Shown here piece after piece: positions 24,852 through 35,014 of a stretch of 64,000 nucleotides of DNA. Under the pieces are notes generated by a model. It was not told where the DNA came from. It did no database searches and saw nothing but the letters and a program-made list of their open reading frames with translations. The DNA is from Eledone cirrhosa (taxonomy: Eukaryota). How positions within the stretch are numbered: the first letter of the stretch is position 1; the number at the start of each line of letters is the position of its first letter. Where the stretch lies: positions 428,420,001-428,484,000 of the forward strand of contig OZ024740.1 in the NCBI GenBank assembly GCA_964016885.1, read 5' to 3'. A program made the position numbers and the translations under genes.

Positions 24852-25691
24852 TCTATATATATAAAACTGTGGTTGTCTGTCTGTCTATCGATTTTTGGCA
24901 CACATCTCCTCTTAGAATCTCTCACGGAATTGCACCGAAATTGCTATACTTGTACATTGAGCCCTAGCGAAGACATCGGAAAAAAGAAATTTCAAATTGA
25001 CCCACCCTATGTGACGAAATCGAATATAATGTATCGATTTTTTAGCGTAAGTTATCAGTTATTTCCCTTTGTTCTGTTTACATTGAGCGTCTTACGTAAA
25101 AAATTACGCTGGATTTAACAGTTGTCGAGCCAGCAAAATATTGACCTGCAAAATTCATCAGTTCGAACACTAAGCTTCCGTTTTGCTTCATTTCCATTTA
25201 AAAGCATTTTAAAACAATATTTTTACTTGAAAACAAGTCTATTTAAAGACTACGTAAAACAAGCAAATATTTCGTCGTTAGGCGTGCAGACAGACAGTCG
25301 TGCAGACAGACAGTCGTGCAGAGAGGTGATATAGGCGTGCAGACAGACAGTCGTGCAGAGAGGTGATATAGGCGTGCAGACAGACATAACTGATAATTTG
25401 GTTACGCTAATGTTTTTCTCTGCGTTGCAGTGTTTACATTTTCGATCTTTGTTAATAAATAACCAGTGCAGTTTCTATCCCCAGCATCCTCTTTTGTTAT
25501 AACATTCGGGTTATCGTTATGTTTTCTTAACTTCATAAGGCATATTGTTGGTTGAGGGAATATTAATCAAAAACACCACATGCAAGTCTGCACAGTAGAC
25601 ACTACAGTTTTTAAGCCAAAAAAGAAACTTAACATTGTAACTTTAACACAGCTACTGAGCGACCCCGAGCAACGCCGGGCTTTACTGCTAG
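24852..25691 (+). mobile_element. Non-autonomous Helitron
   Basis: A|TCTATATATATAAAAC..TGTCTGTCTGTC start; hairpin CCCGAGCAACGCCGGG; ends CTAG|T. Confidence 0.85.
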
Positions 25692-26080
25692 TACAACGAT
25701 AAAAATAAAAGCTACCGACAACGATAAAAATAAAAGCTACCGTTATTTTATTTCCTAGAGTCATCGGTTCACACAGGATACTCTTGAAAATAAACTTTGT
25801 AAACATAATATACAAAATACCCAAATCTTCGAAATAACAACAACGGCTGTGAAAGTACATTTACAGTTAACGGCTTTTGTAATCACCATATGTGTGTAAC
25901 CATTATTGAATAACACATTCTATAAACAGAACGCTGAACACCCTCCATTTCACAGTCTGCTCAAAATCTGATTAAACAGACCTTTTTACAATAAGTGAAG
26001 GATACTTCACACATAAACACTTGAATTTAATATAAGTATATTTTTTTTATTTAATTATGTAATAAACAACATGAGACAAT

Positions 26081-26156
26081 TATTCCATTTACCAAAGGTT
26101 TCACGAAGACAGATGAGCTCAACAGAGACGTCTGAAATCGCTCATCAGAATGAATA
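26081..26156 (-). ncRNA. Type I hammerhead ribozyme motif, canonical core, long stem II, family B
   Basis: Minus strand: TATTCATT-CTGATGA-GCGA..(AGAC..GTCT)..TCGT-GAAAC-C TTT G-GTA-AATGGAATA. GUA triplet; predicted cut between 26090 and 26089. Confidence 0.8.
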
Positions 26157-27208
26157 TATATATATATATATATATGAACCCTTAACTCCTGAGAGAGTCA
26201 GAAGGGCGACATATTGACATACGGAGTTTCTTGGGCATTTTAAAACCTGGAGGAACCCATCTCCTCTCTCGTTCTGAATACGGAAGCTTTCTTCCAGAGA
26301 AAAATAGTGTGAAAGAAAGGAAGTGAGAGAGAGATATAGAGGAATAATGGACACAAATACTAGGTTGGTACTTTTGTATCGACCTTACATAGATGAAAGA
26401 CAAAGTTGACTTCGATAGGATTTAAACACAGAGATTTCTGCTAATTCTCTGCTTGCATCAATGTCATATAACATTCGTAAACCAATAGTGAAATATACTG
26501 CACTAGAAAATCAGACTTTCAAATAAAATGTAACAGCGCATAGCACGTTCCCATAATAAACATATGTCACCAACGTCCTCACCACCCTTCGCACTAAATT
26601 ACACTACCCTCCCCCCCACCTTCTTTCAAACTACAGCACTTTAACTCTCTCACAAAGCCCATGATTGTGAGAGACGTGAAGCACGCAACACCTTGCCTTT
26701 AAATTGTTAAACTGACAAGAAATGTGGTGTGACAATTGTTGTTGTCGATGCCAGCAAGTATACATAATGTTTTATTGTTAGTTTTACGTTGGAAACAATT
26801 TTTCTGTTTTCTGTTTTCTGTTTTTTTTTAGTGTACATAGTTTTTTGTTATTTCCTAGAGAGGTGACGAAATATCATCGTAACAAACTTCCTTTATGCCT
26901 TAGGCAATCCTGTCATACATACGTAGCTCATCAAGCTACTACTGGCAACTGTTACTACCCACATATCACCTGTTGCACCCTAGACCTATTGCAATGATTT
27001 GACAAGTAGGCCCCCACTACTTCTCTCACTATCTACTATTCGTCATCAAACCAAACATCAATAAAATAATTCAGAACTACTTCTACACATTTGAAAAGGG
27101 TACAGTACTATAAATCCCTCACAGAAAGAGAAGGAAGGTTTCAAATATCGAAACCAACCCCATCAGTAATATACGCACTGAAGTACATATATTTAATAAC
27201 GTAATAAT

Positions 27209-27388
27209 TGTTTCTTCTTTTGGCACAAGGCCAGCAATTATCCAGTGCATTACTGGTACTTTATTTTATCGACTCCGTTAGGATGAAAGGCAAAGTTAAC
27301 CTCGGCGGGATCAGAACATAAATGGCCATAACTCTATGCTGCAAATAATGGTGTCTGACGCTCTATTAATACTGCCAATTCACCGCCC
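27209..27388 (-). mobile_element. SINE S1 with 18-bp target-site duplication
   Basis: TSD ATTTAATAA[C/A]GTAATAAT at 27191 and 27391; B-box partly deleted. Confidence 0.88.
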
Positions 27389-27493
27389 TAATTTAATAAA
27401 GTAATAATAGAGGCAAGTTAACAAAAAGACAACCTTACTTGTAATATTCTAATAGGACAAGGGCCATGTTTAGTCAACAGATCAAAACAACAA

Positions 27494-27670
27494 GCAGTAT
27501 CGGTAGAGGGTCGGACGCCATGCTTTGCAGCAAAGTGCTACGGCCCTTTATGGTCTGAGTTCAAATCCCACCGAGGTTAACTTTGCCTTTCATCCTTACG
27601 GGGTTGATAAAATAAAGTACCAGTAATACACTGGAATAATTGCTGGCCTTGTGCCAAAAGTAGAAATAAT
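27494..27670 (+). mobile_element. SINE S1, inverted relative to the 27209 copy
   Basis: B-box GAGTTCAAATCC with conserved body and tail. Confidence 0.88.
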
Positions 27671-27990
27671 TATATATAAATAATACACTAGATCCTTGTC
27701 AACTTTCCTGGGCCACCAAGCTCCCTAAAATCACAATAAACTACAAAATACAGATTGTAAACAGACTCACATATAGAAACAAAATTATTAAGAATTAAAG
27801 TCCACTTGGAATGCGAGAAACTGAAATTGTTTTCTGTCGCAAAGTTTAAACCCAATAGCTCCTGTCTCAATAAGAACAACCCTCTCTAATCATAGACATA
27901 TATACAACACATCAGAGCACTAATACAACATTCTAATGTCACGGTCTCTGCCACACAGCTTGTACAAATATAAGGAATATTGAACCTTAC

Positions 27991-28065
27991 AAATAACTCT
28001 AAATCAATCAATTCAGTAGCCCCACTGGTCAAGGGAACAACTGTGACACGCACACTTGAGACCAT
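27991..28065 (-). CDS. Candidate 75-nt coding exon (MVSSVRVTVVPLTSGATELIDLELF), product unknown
   Basis: AAGATGG context, exactly 25 codons, then the donor GTAAGG, in non-repetitive sequence. No homology recognised. Confidence 0.25.
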
Positions 28066-28178
28066 CTTGCCCGAATACGGTGGGTTCACCACCAGATTTT
28101 ACGGACACACAAGATGAGTGGACAGAAAAGAGGGTACAAATGTCGAGCAGAAACGAACGAAAGTTTGTAGCATATATA

Positions 28179-28279
28179 AAGGGTGTCCCCCGAAAATGTA
28201 TACATATTTTGATTACCTATACAGGCAATATTTATTAGAAGGCTGTTAAAGTGTGTATACATTTTTGGGGGACAGCCTG
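28179..28279. mobile_element. MITE with Tc1/mariner-like terminal inverted repeats
   Basis: AGGGTGTCCCCCGAAAATGTATACA ... TGTATACATTTTTGGGGGACAGCCTG, in a TA context. Confidence 0.7.
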
Positions 28280-28280
28280 A

Positions 28281-28318
<38 letters not shown>

Positions 28319-28981
28319 GTATACATACTTATATTTATTGAGATTTCGATTCTCGATTATTTATTTGTATTTATCTCCAGTCTTTAGCTATTGACCAGTT
28401 AATTTTATTGATCTTTTAGTTAATCTTATTGACTGATGAATAGCTCTTGTTAATTTTAACACGTCTGTTGAGAACTCTAATTCGATATGTGATATTTTGT
28501 ATTTTTACATAAATATACACTTTACTGAATTCATTCGCTTATTATAGGGTTCCCTCCCTTGCTGACTCCATGTGCGTTTAGTAACGGGTTGGGAGTCTTT
28601 ATAATTCTGAACGTAATGCCTGTTGAGAAGGCAGCTTCCTCGTTCATCTCTTTACCAGAAGTCAGATATAATTTTTATGTGGGCCGACGGTAATTGATTA
28701 TGGAACTGCAGAAACCCATAAAGCTAGATTTTAACATCTTTCTAGCGGGTCCGGGTAAAATTTTACATTCATTTAATTTATTAATTTATTAATTCATTAT
28801 TTGTTTGACCTGAATTTTCCTGGTCGTTTTTTCGGCTGTGCGAATGATTTTAAGCATTGTCTCTATGTGTTGGTATTTTAACGATAGTTATAGCTCTGGT
28901 TTACCCAAACTATTGAGCCCTCTGCCACACATTTCGAAGATTGTGTTTCGTGATTTCGTGGGCTGAGATTTCGATTCTCGA

Positions 28982-29088
<107 letters not shown>

Positions 29089-29152
29089 TTTATTAAAATA
29101 ACAGATTAAAGTTTAAGCAAAGAATCGCTGCTTTCACCATTAATATATATAT

Positions 29153-29583
29153 ATAAAGAATGAATAATAACAGGTAGACATAATAAAAAGGTAATTTATT
29201 CAGAGTGCTTACAAATGTTTCAACAGTAGTTATACAGCCTAGTCATGCTATGTGCAATTGAGGAAATGGTAGTCGCAGCATTTGAAAATTGGATTTCTGC
29301 AATCAAATAATTATTAATTGTGGATTGGCATAGTTATGTCCCTTTACGATCTGAGTTCAAATCCCGCCGAGGTTGACTTTGCCTTTCATCCTTACGGGGT
29401 TGATAAAATAAAGTACCAGTAATGCACTGGATAATTGCTGGCCTTGTGCCTAAAGTAGAAACAATTATTAATTATCAATTGCACATAGCATGACTAGGCT
29501 GTATAACTACCGTTGAAACATTTGTAAGCACTCGGAATAAATTACCTTTTTATGATGTCTACCTGTTATTATTCATTCTTTAT
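29153..29583. repeat. Inverted repeat with ~109-bp arms (29153-29261 / 29475-29583) enclosing a SINE; the arms carry a hammerhead 3' half
   Basis: Arms are near-perfect reverse complements. The right arm has GAAAC-ATTT-GTA-AGCACTCGG-AATAAA (29515-29541). Confidence 0.85.
29320..29462 (+). mobile_element. SINE S1, internally deleted
   Basis: B-box present; TSD AATTATTAATT at 29309 and 29463. Confidence 0.88.
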
Positions 29584-29972
29584 CTACACTCCGGAATACA
29601 GAAGGATCAGAAACTGAATTTTTCCGACTATTCTCCCATAACTCGTTGAGTAACCCCTCACCGTACGTCAACTCTATCTAGTGTAGTAATTAACCATTAC
29701 TGCATTCAGGATAACCCTAAGCATTTCTTGCATAACCTAATATATATATATATATAATATATATATAAATATAAGTATGTATACGTACTTACATATATGT
29801 ATACAGACGTACAGTAGTATGTATATACATACATGCACACATATATATATGTACGTATGGGTTTACCGAACATTTATTATAATGTTCGGTTTGTTTGTAA
29901 ACAAACAGCCCGAATTAAGCTGTACAGTGTTCGGCAACCATCGTTGCCCTTTTGTTCAATACTGACAAAGGA

Positions 29973-30015
29973 ACGATGAACTAGTTTCTACCTTATTAGC
30001 TGTCATCAGCATCGT
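29973..30015 (-). ncRNA. Minimal type I hammerhead motif, family C copy 1
   Basis: ACGATG-CTGATGA-CAGCT aata AGGTA-GAAAC-TA-GTT-CATCGT. Perfect 6-bp stem I; weakened stem II. Confidence 0.75.
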
Positions 30016-30117
30016 ATACCTTCCTGTCAGTCGATTGAACGTTTGAAAGTATATACTTTCCTTATGGATATTAACGGCTGAGAAGCCAAATTTGCATATC
30101 GACTGACAGGAAGGTAT

Positions 30118-30160
30118 ACGGTGCTGATGACAGCTAATAAGCTAGAAACTAGTTCATCGT
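30118..30160 (+). ncRNA. Minimal type I hammerhead motif, family C copy 2
   Basis: ACGGTG-CTGATGA-C AGCT aata AGCT A-GAAAC-TA-GTT-CATCGT. Palindromic stem III ACTAGT; GUU triplet. Confidence 0.82.
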
Positions 30161-30526
30161 TCTTTTGTCGGTAACGATGGTTGCCGAACATTGTACGGCT
30201 TAATTCTGACTGTTTGTTTACAAACAAACCGAACATTATAATAAATGTTCGGTAAACCCATACGTACATATATATATGTGTGCATGTATGTAAGTATATA
30301 CATACTACTGTACGTCTGTATACATATATGTATGTACGTATACATACTTATATTTAAGTATCAGCCGTACTAAGAGTGAGAAAGGAAATTTCATTTTTTC
30401 CCATTTATCGTTTTCGGTACGCTCGGCCGACTAACTCACTCGATATGCAAATTAGGCTGCTCAGCCGTTAATATGCATGAGGAAAGTATATACTTTCAAA
30501 CGTTCAATCGACTGACAGGAAGGTAT

Positions 30527-30569
30527 ACGGTGTTGATGACAGCTAATAAGCTAGAAATTAGTTCATCGT
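30527..30569 (+). ncRNA. Degenerate hammerhead motif, family C copy 3
   Basis: Same sequence but core TTGATGA (uncompensated C3U) and GAAAT. Confidence 0.6.
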
Positions 30570-31029
30570 TCCTTTGTCAGTGTTGAACAAAAGGGCAACG
30601 ATGATTGCCGAACATTGTACGGCTTAATTTGGGCTGTTTGTTTACAAACAAACCGAACATTATAATAAATGCTCGGTAAACCCATACGCATATATATATA
30701 TATATAAATGGAAAAGAATGAAATGAAATTTCATTTCTCACTCTTAGTACGGCTGATACTTAAATATAAGTATGTATATGTATATACATATATGTATAAA
30801 GACGTACAGTAGTATGTATATACATACATACATGCACACATATATATATGTGTGCATACTTAAATATAAGTATGTATATGTACATACATATATGTATACA
30901 GACGTACAGTAGTATTTATATACATACTACTGTACGTCTGTTTACATATATGTATGTACATATACATACTTATATTTAAGTATCAGCCGTACTAAGAGTG
31001 AGAAATTTCATTTCATTTCATTCTTTTCC

Positions 31030-31089
<60 letters not shown>

Positions 31090-31189
31090 GTATTGAAGTT
31101 TCTGTTGAAAATTGAAAAAGTCATAGGAGTGAAGAGTGCTCTATGTAAGTACCAGAGCTAAATTTAATGTATAATAAACAATCCAATAT

Positions 31190-31266
31190 AATTACCTCAT
31201 TACCAGAGGTTTACCGAATAAGACGAATCGAAAAACGTCCTCATTCGTTCATCGGACAAGGCAATT
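31190..31266 (-). ncRNA. Hammerhead motif in the 3' pLTR, family D copy 1, probably inactive (G12U)
   Basis: AATTGCCTTGT-CCGATGA-A CGAATGAGGACG..CGTCTTATTCG G-TAAAC-CTCTG-GTA-ATGAGGTAATT. 11-bp stem I with G-U wobbles. Confidence 0.65.
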
Positions 31267-31967
31267 TAAAACATAGTGAAATATTTGAAAAATCTCCTCA
31301 AGAAAGGCAAGAGTTTAACGGGCAAAAAACACAAAGCAAGAGATATATAAAAAAATAACGAAATATAGTTAGGGTATGTGTATAAATGTGTATATATTCA
31401 CTCACAAATGTACATATGTGTGTATGTGCAAATGCATGTGTATAGTGAAAATGTGTGTGTGCGTAAGTGAGTATATGAGGGCAAGCATAATAGTGTATGC
31501 GTGACCGATACGTATATAATATAAGTTGAAAAATAATGTACATCCAGATTTAGGTATTAAATATATACACATACAAGTATGGAAGCACGCGTATAAACAC
31601 ACACGTGCGATCATTTATATGCGGAAGATAAGAAGGGAAGGGAGTGTTTAGTCAAAAAGAGTGTCATATTCGATACGTATAAAAATGAAACAATATATGA
31701 GAAAGAAAAAAAAAATTTTTAAATCAAAGAGAAAGTAAGAGGGAGGGGTTATCAATTATAAATTAACACTAGAGAAAAAGAAAACAAACATAGGTTCGCA
31801 CGTACGCACATAATACATATAAAAATATATATATATATGAATACGTACAGGCAAAAGCGCATGCATACGTACATACATACACACGAAGCACACATATATA
31901 TACATATATCGGCACACGTACGTACGCGACTACATATATACACATATGCATACACACACATACATAC

Positions 31968-32015
<48 letters not shown>

Positions 32016-32445
32016 GTACTTATACACATACGTTCACCCACATACACACACTCGTATAAAATATAGATATAAAAACATACATGCTCACACATATAGACAC
32101 ACACATGCACACACACGGAGGCGCATACACACTCACACGCATAGATACAAATTATAGACCAGCCATATGAAAAAAGAAATACAAATATAAAAGCGGCTGC
32201 GAAACAACAGGGTATATCTGGAGTTGAAAACGCAAGTGACAGGATATCAGGTAGTGAAAGAAAATGGGGAAGTAAAGTGTGTAATTTGAAGATATTAGGT
32301 AAGTGAATCAAAAAGTAGGGAGGGGGGTTACTTGTGGATGTGAAGTGAAAATAAAAATAAAAATGAATATAAAGTTAAAAATGAAAGTAAATCAGAAAGA
32401 GAAGTCTGTAAAGAGGATAATTTTAGGAAAGTGAAGAACGAGAGT

Positions 32446-32967
32446 TTATGGAGGACAAGTATCTGAAAGTGAGTTAAGTTTATATGAGCTGGAAAGCAAG
32501 TGTGATTTCATGTGTGGGCAACTGGTGAACATTTCTGTTTTTGTATTTAGGCACGTTTTTGGTGATTTAAGGTTCTGTAAAATCCAATATTTTTCACTTA
32601 TGCAGAGTGTACATCTTCTTGTTCCTCTTGCACATTCTTTAGATTGGTTCAAAATTGACCAATCTAATTTATATTGGATACCTTGGTCTTTCAAATCCCA
32701 TATTCTGCTAGCCAGAGCTGTTATAAATCTTTTTTCTGGATGTCGGAAAGATGCGACATGTGAGTAATAACGCGTTTTGAATTTGTCTTGTGTCATACCC
32801 ACATATCGTTCGCTGGTGGCTGGTAGGTTGTTGCTGATGGTTGTCACTTTAGCCGCATATACAATGGCTTTGGTGTTGCATTTACCTTGTAATGGGTATT
32901 CACTTTTGACTCTACAGGAGCAATTTTTATGTTCTCTGGGTGATTTCTTATTGATAATATAAGATTT
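32446..32967 (-). pseudogene. C-terminal GIY-YIG endonuclease domain of a Penelope-like element, Neptune-like
   Basis: In frame: CSC..YPLQGKC..AIVY..YVGMT..FKTRYYSH..SF..CTLCISEK..LNTKTE..SCPH. The reverse transcriptase domain is absent. Confidence 0.88.
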
Positions 32968-33070
32968 ATATTTCCTTATTTTTTTATATATCTCTTGCTT
33001 TGTTTTTTTTTTTGCCCGTTAAACTCTTGCCTTTCTTGAGGAGATTTTTCAAATATTTCACTATGTTTTA

Positions 33071-33148
33071 AATTGCCCTGTCCGATGAACGAATGAGGAC
33101 GTTTTTCGTATTCGTCTTATTCGGGAAACCTCTGGTAATGAGGTAATT
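33071..33148 (+). ncRNA. Hammerhead motif in the inverted pLTR, family D copy 2, core CCGAUGA (U4C)
   Basis: AATTGCCCTGT-CCGATGA-A..11-bp stem II..G-GAAAC-C TCT G-GTA-ATGAGGTAATT. Confidence 0.75.
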
Positions 33149-33322
33149 ATATTGTATTGTTTATTATGCATTATATATATATATAAAATAAATGTAATCT
33201 GAGTTTTTCGAATATTAATAATAAAATTCGATTCATTTGCAATTATGCAAACAAGCCTCATTTTTAAAACCATGTTAGTAGAATGAGCCCCTCATTCCTG
33301 CTCTTGTGTTGGCATTCGAACA

Positions 33323-33372
33323 GAACTGCAGACACTAATGTTTCCGGGTATTACCCTTCATCAGTACAGTTC
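33323..33372 (-). ncRNA. Type I hammerhead ribozyme, canonical core, family E copy 1
   Basis: GAACTGTA-CTGATGA-A GGGT aat ACCC G-GAAAC-ATTAGT-GTC-TGCAGTTC. 8-bp stem I, near-palindromic stem III, GUC triplet; predicted cut between 33331 and 33330. Confidence 0.88.
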
Positions 33373-34301
33373 ACTGTCCACCTGCCAACTGTCAAAGCTA
33401 GTGAAAATATATGCTATTTTCTAAAATATACAGTGACTGACCGGCCTGATTTGCATATTAGCAGACTGGCTGATCAGTCAGATCTGCATATTAGCAGATC
33501 CACTGATCAGCCAGATTTGCATATCAGCATATAGATACAATGAAAAGAATAGTGTAATCAACGTATAATGTAGAAATTTAGAATATTTATATAAAGAGGT
33601 TGTATTTTTGCATTACTAAACGGTTCCTTGGCCGTAAATACGACCAACACTTTCAGGGGCGAACAAAAAAATATATTCTAACCACATGTCCATAGTATCG
33701 GAGCTGTGATGTCTCAGTCCGGAGAAGTAGCGGCTCTACCAGGAGTGACTCTCTCATCTCCGAGCTACACACTCTAACGTTACTCCAAAGACCATTCAAA
33801 AGAACCCTATTTCGGTCTTTTGTATCGCAGTCGTATTCTTTCCGTCATTATCACCTACCCATTTCAATTTTCAAATTTCAAAACTATTATTAAGTCAACC
33901 GTTGTATTTACACTTAGAATAACTTTACAAGCTGACATTGGTGGCCAGCGACTCTTTAGTGATGGTAACATCCTCTCTCTATATCCACGAGAAGCGGACC
34001 TTCATTCCTCATTGCCATCTCAAGCATGGTTTTTCTATAAGTTTTACACAATTCTCTCAACTAATATCTATAGTGACCGACTATTATTGTGATCATTTTC
34101 GTTGGAAACACAACTTTATATATATTTATATATATATATATTTATATATGTGTGTGTGTATGTAGATAGTAAGGGAGGGAATGGAATAAGATAAAGAATG
34201 AGTGGTTTTATTCTCTTTCTTAGGAGGCCAATAATATATATATACGTATATATGTGTAGATATACATATATGTATATACATTGACACACACAAAAACACA
34301 C

Positions 34302-34336
<35 letters not shown>

Positions 34337-35014
34337 CGGGATAACACTCAGGTATAGATTTATATACATATAAGTTTTGACAACTATTTGATTAGAAAAT
34401 CCTTCGAAACCGTGTGAGTGTGTTTACGTATGTGTGTGTATATGTGTATGAATGCGTGCATGTGTGTGTACGGACGTGTGTGTGTGTGGACGTGTCTGTG
34501 TATGTGGACGTGTGTGCGACGTGTGTGTGTTTTGTCAAAGATATACATATCAGAAATGTCATTTATCTCCGAGTTTATTAACGATTAGTCCCTGGAGCCT
34601 TTAAAGTGGCTTAAATATTTCGGTGATTTCCGTCATTCCTGCAACAAATGTGGGGGGTTTACAATGGAAGATTAAGGGATGTAACAAAAAAGAAAAGAAA
34701 AAATATAAATATAAAAAAAAGAAAAGAGAAAAAAGAAGGATAGGAAAATATAATGAAAACAATAATATTAAATATATAATGAAAAGAATGAAGATAAAAA
34801 TGATCTCTCTTCGGAACTCCGTCTTGGTGAGTTCGATCAAAGATTGTTTTACTGTTGTTGCTAGAATAGAAGCAAAAGTTGACAGAGATGAGATTGTTAA
34901 ACTATGAGAAAAGTAAATATAAACATTGTTTGTCTGTGTTTTTACATTTGAGAATAGCCTGAAGATGGTGAAGATGGTACCTTGTTAAGGCAGTTCTGTA
35001 TGGTCTATGTAGGT

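Larger units (their letters stand above)
29765..31035. mobile_element. Composite inverted plus tandem repeat of a hammerhead-bearing non-coding unit (Penelope pLTR or retrozyme-like), family C
   Basis: One minus copy (29765-30100), two plus copies 409 bp apart and further inverted fragments to 31035; bounded by (TA)n. Confidence 0.8.
31166..33172 (-). mobile_element. 5'-truncated Penelope-like retroelement with 3' pLTR and an inverted pLTR copy at the truncation point
   Basis: GIY-YIG ORF fragment on minus. 31166-31367 and 32967-33172 are reverse complements, and both hold a hammerhead motif. Confidence 0.85.

Noticed and set aside
28425-28500. CTGATGA at 28433 (also CTGACGA at 24070 and CTGAAGA at 34959 and 44349)
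   Set aside because: There is no matching GAAA-stem III-NUH-stem I'; at most these are heavily decayed remnants.
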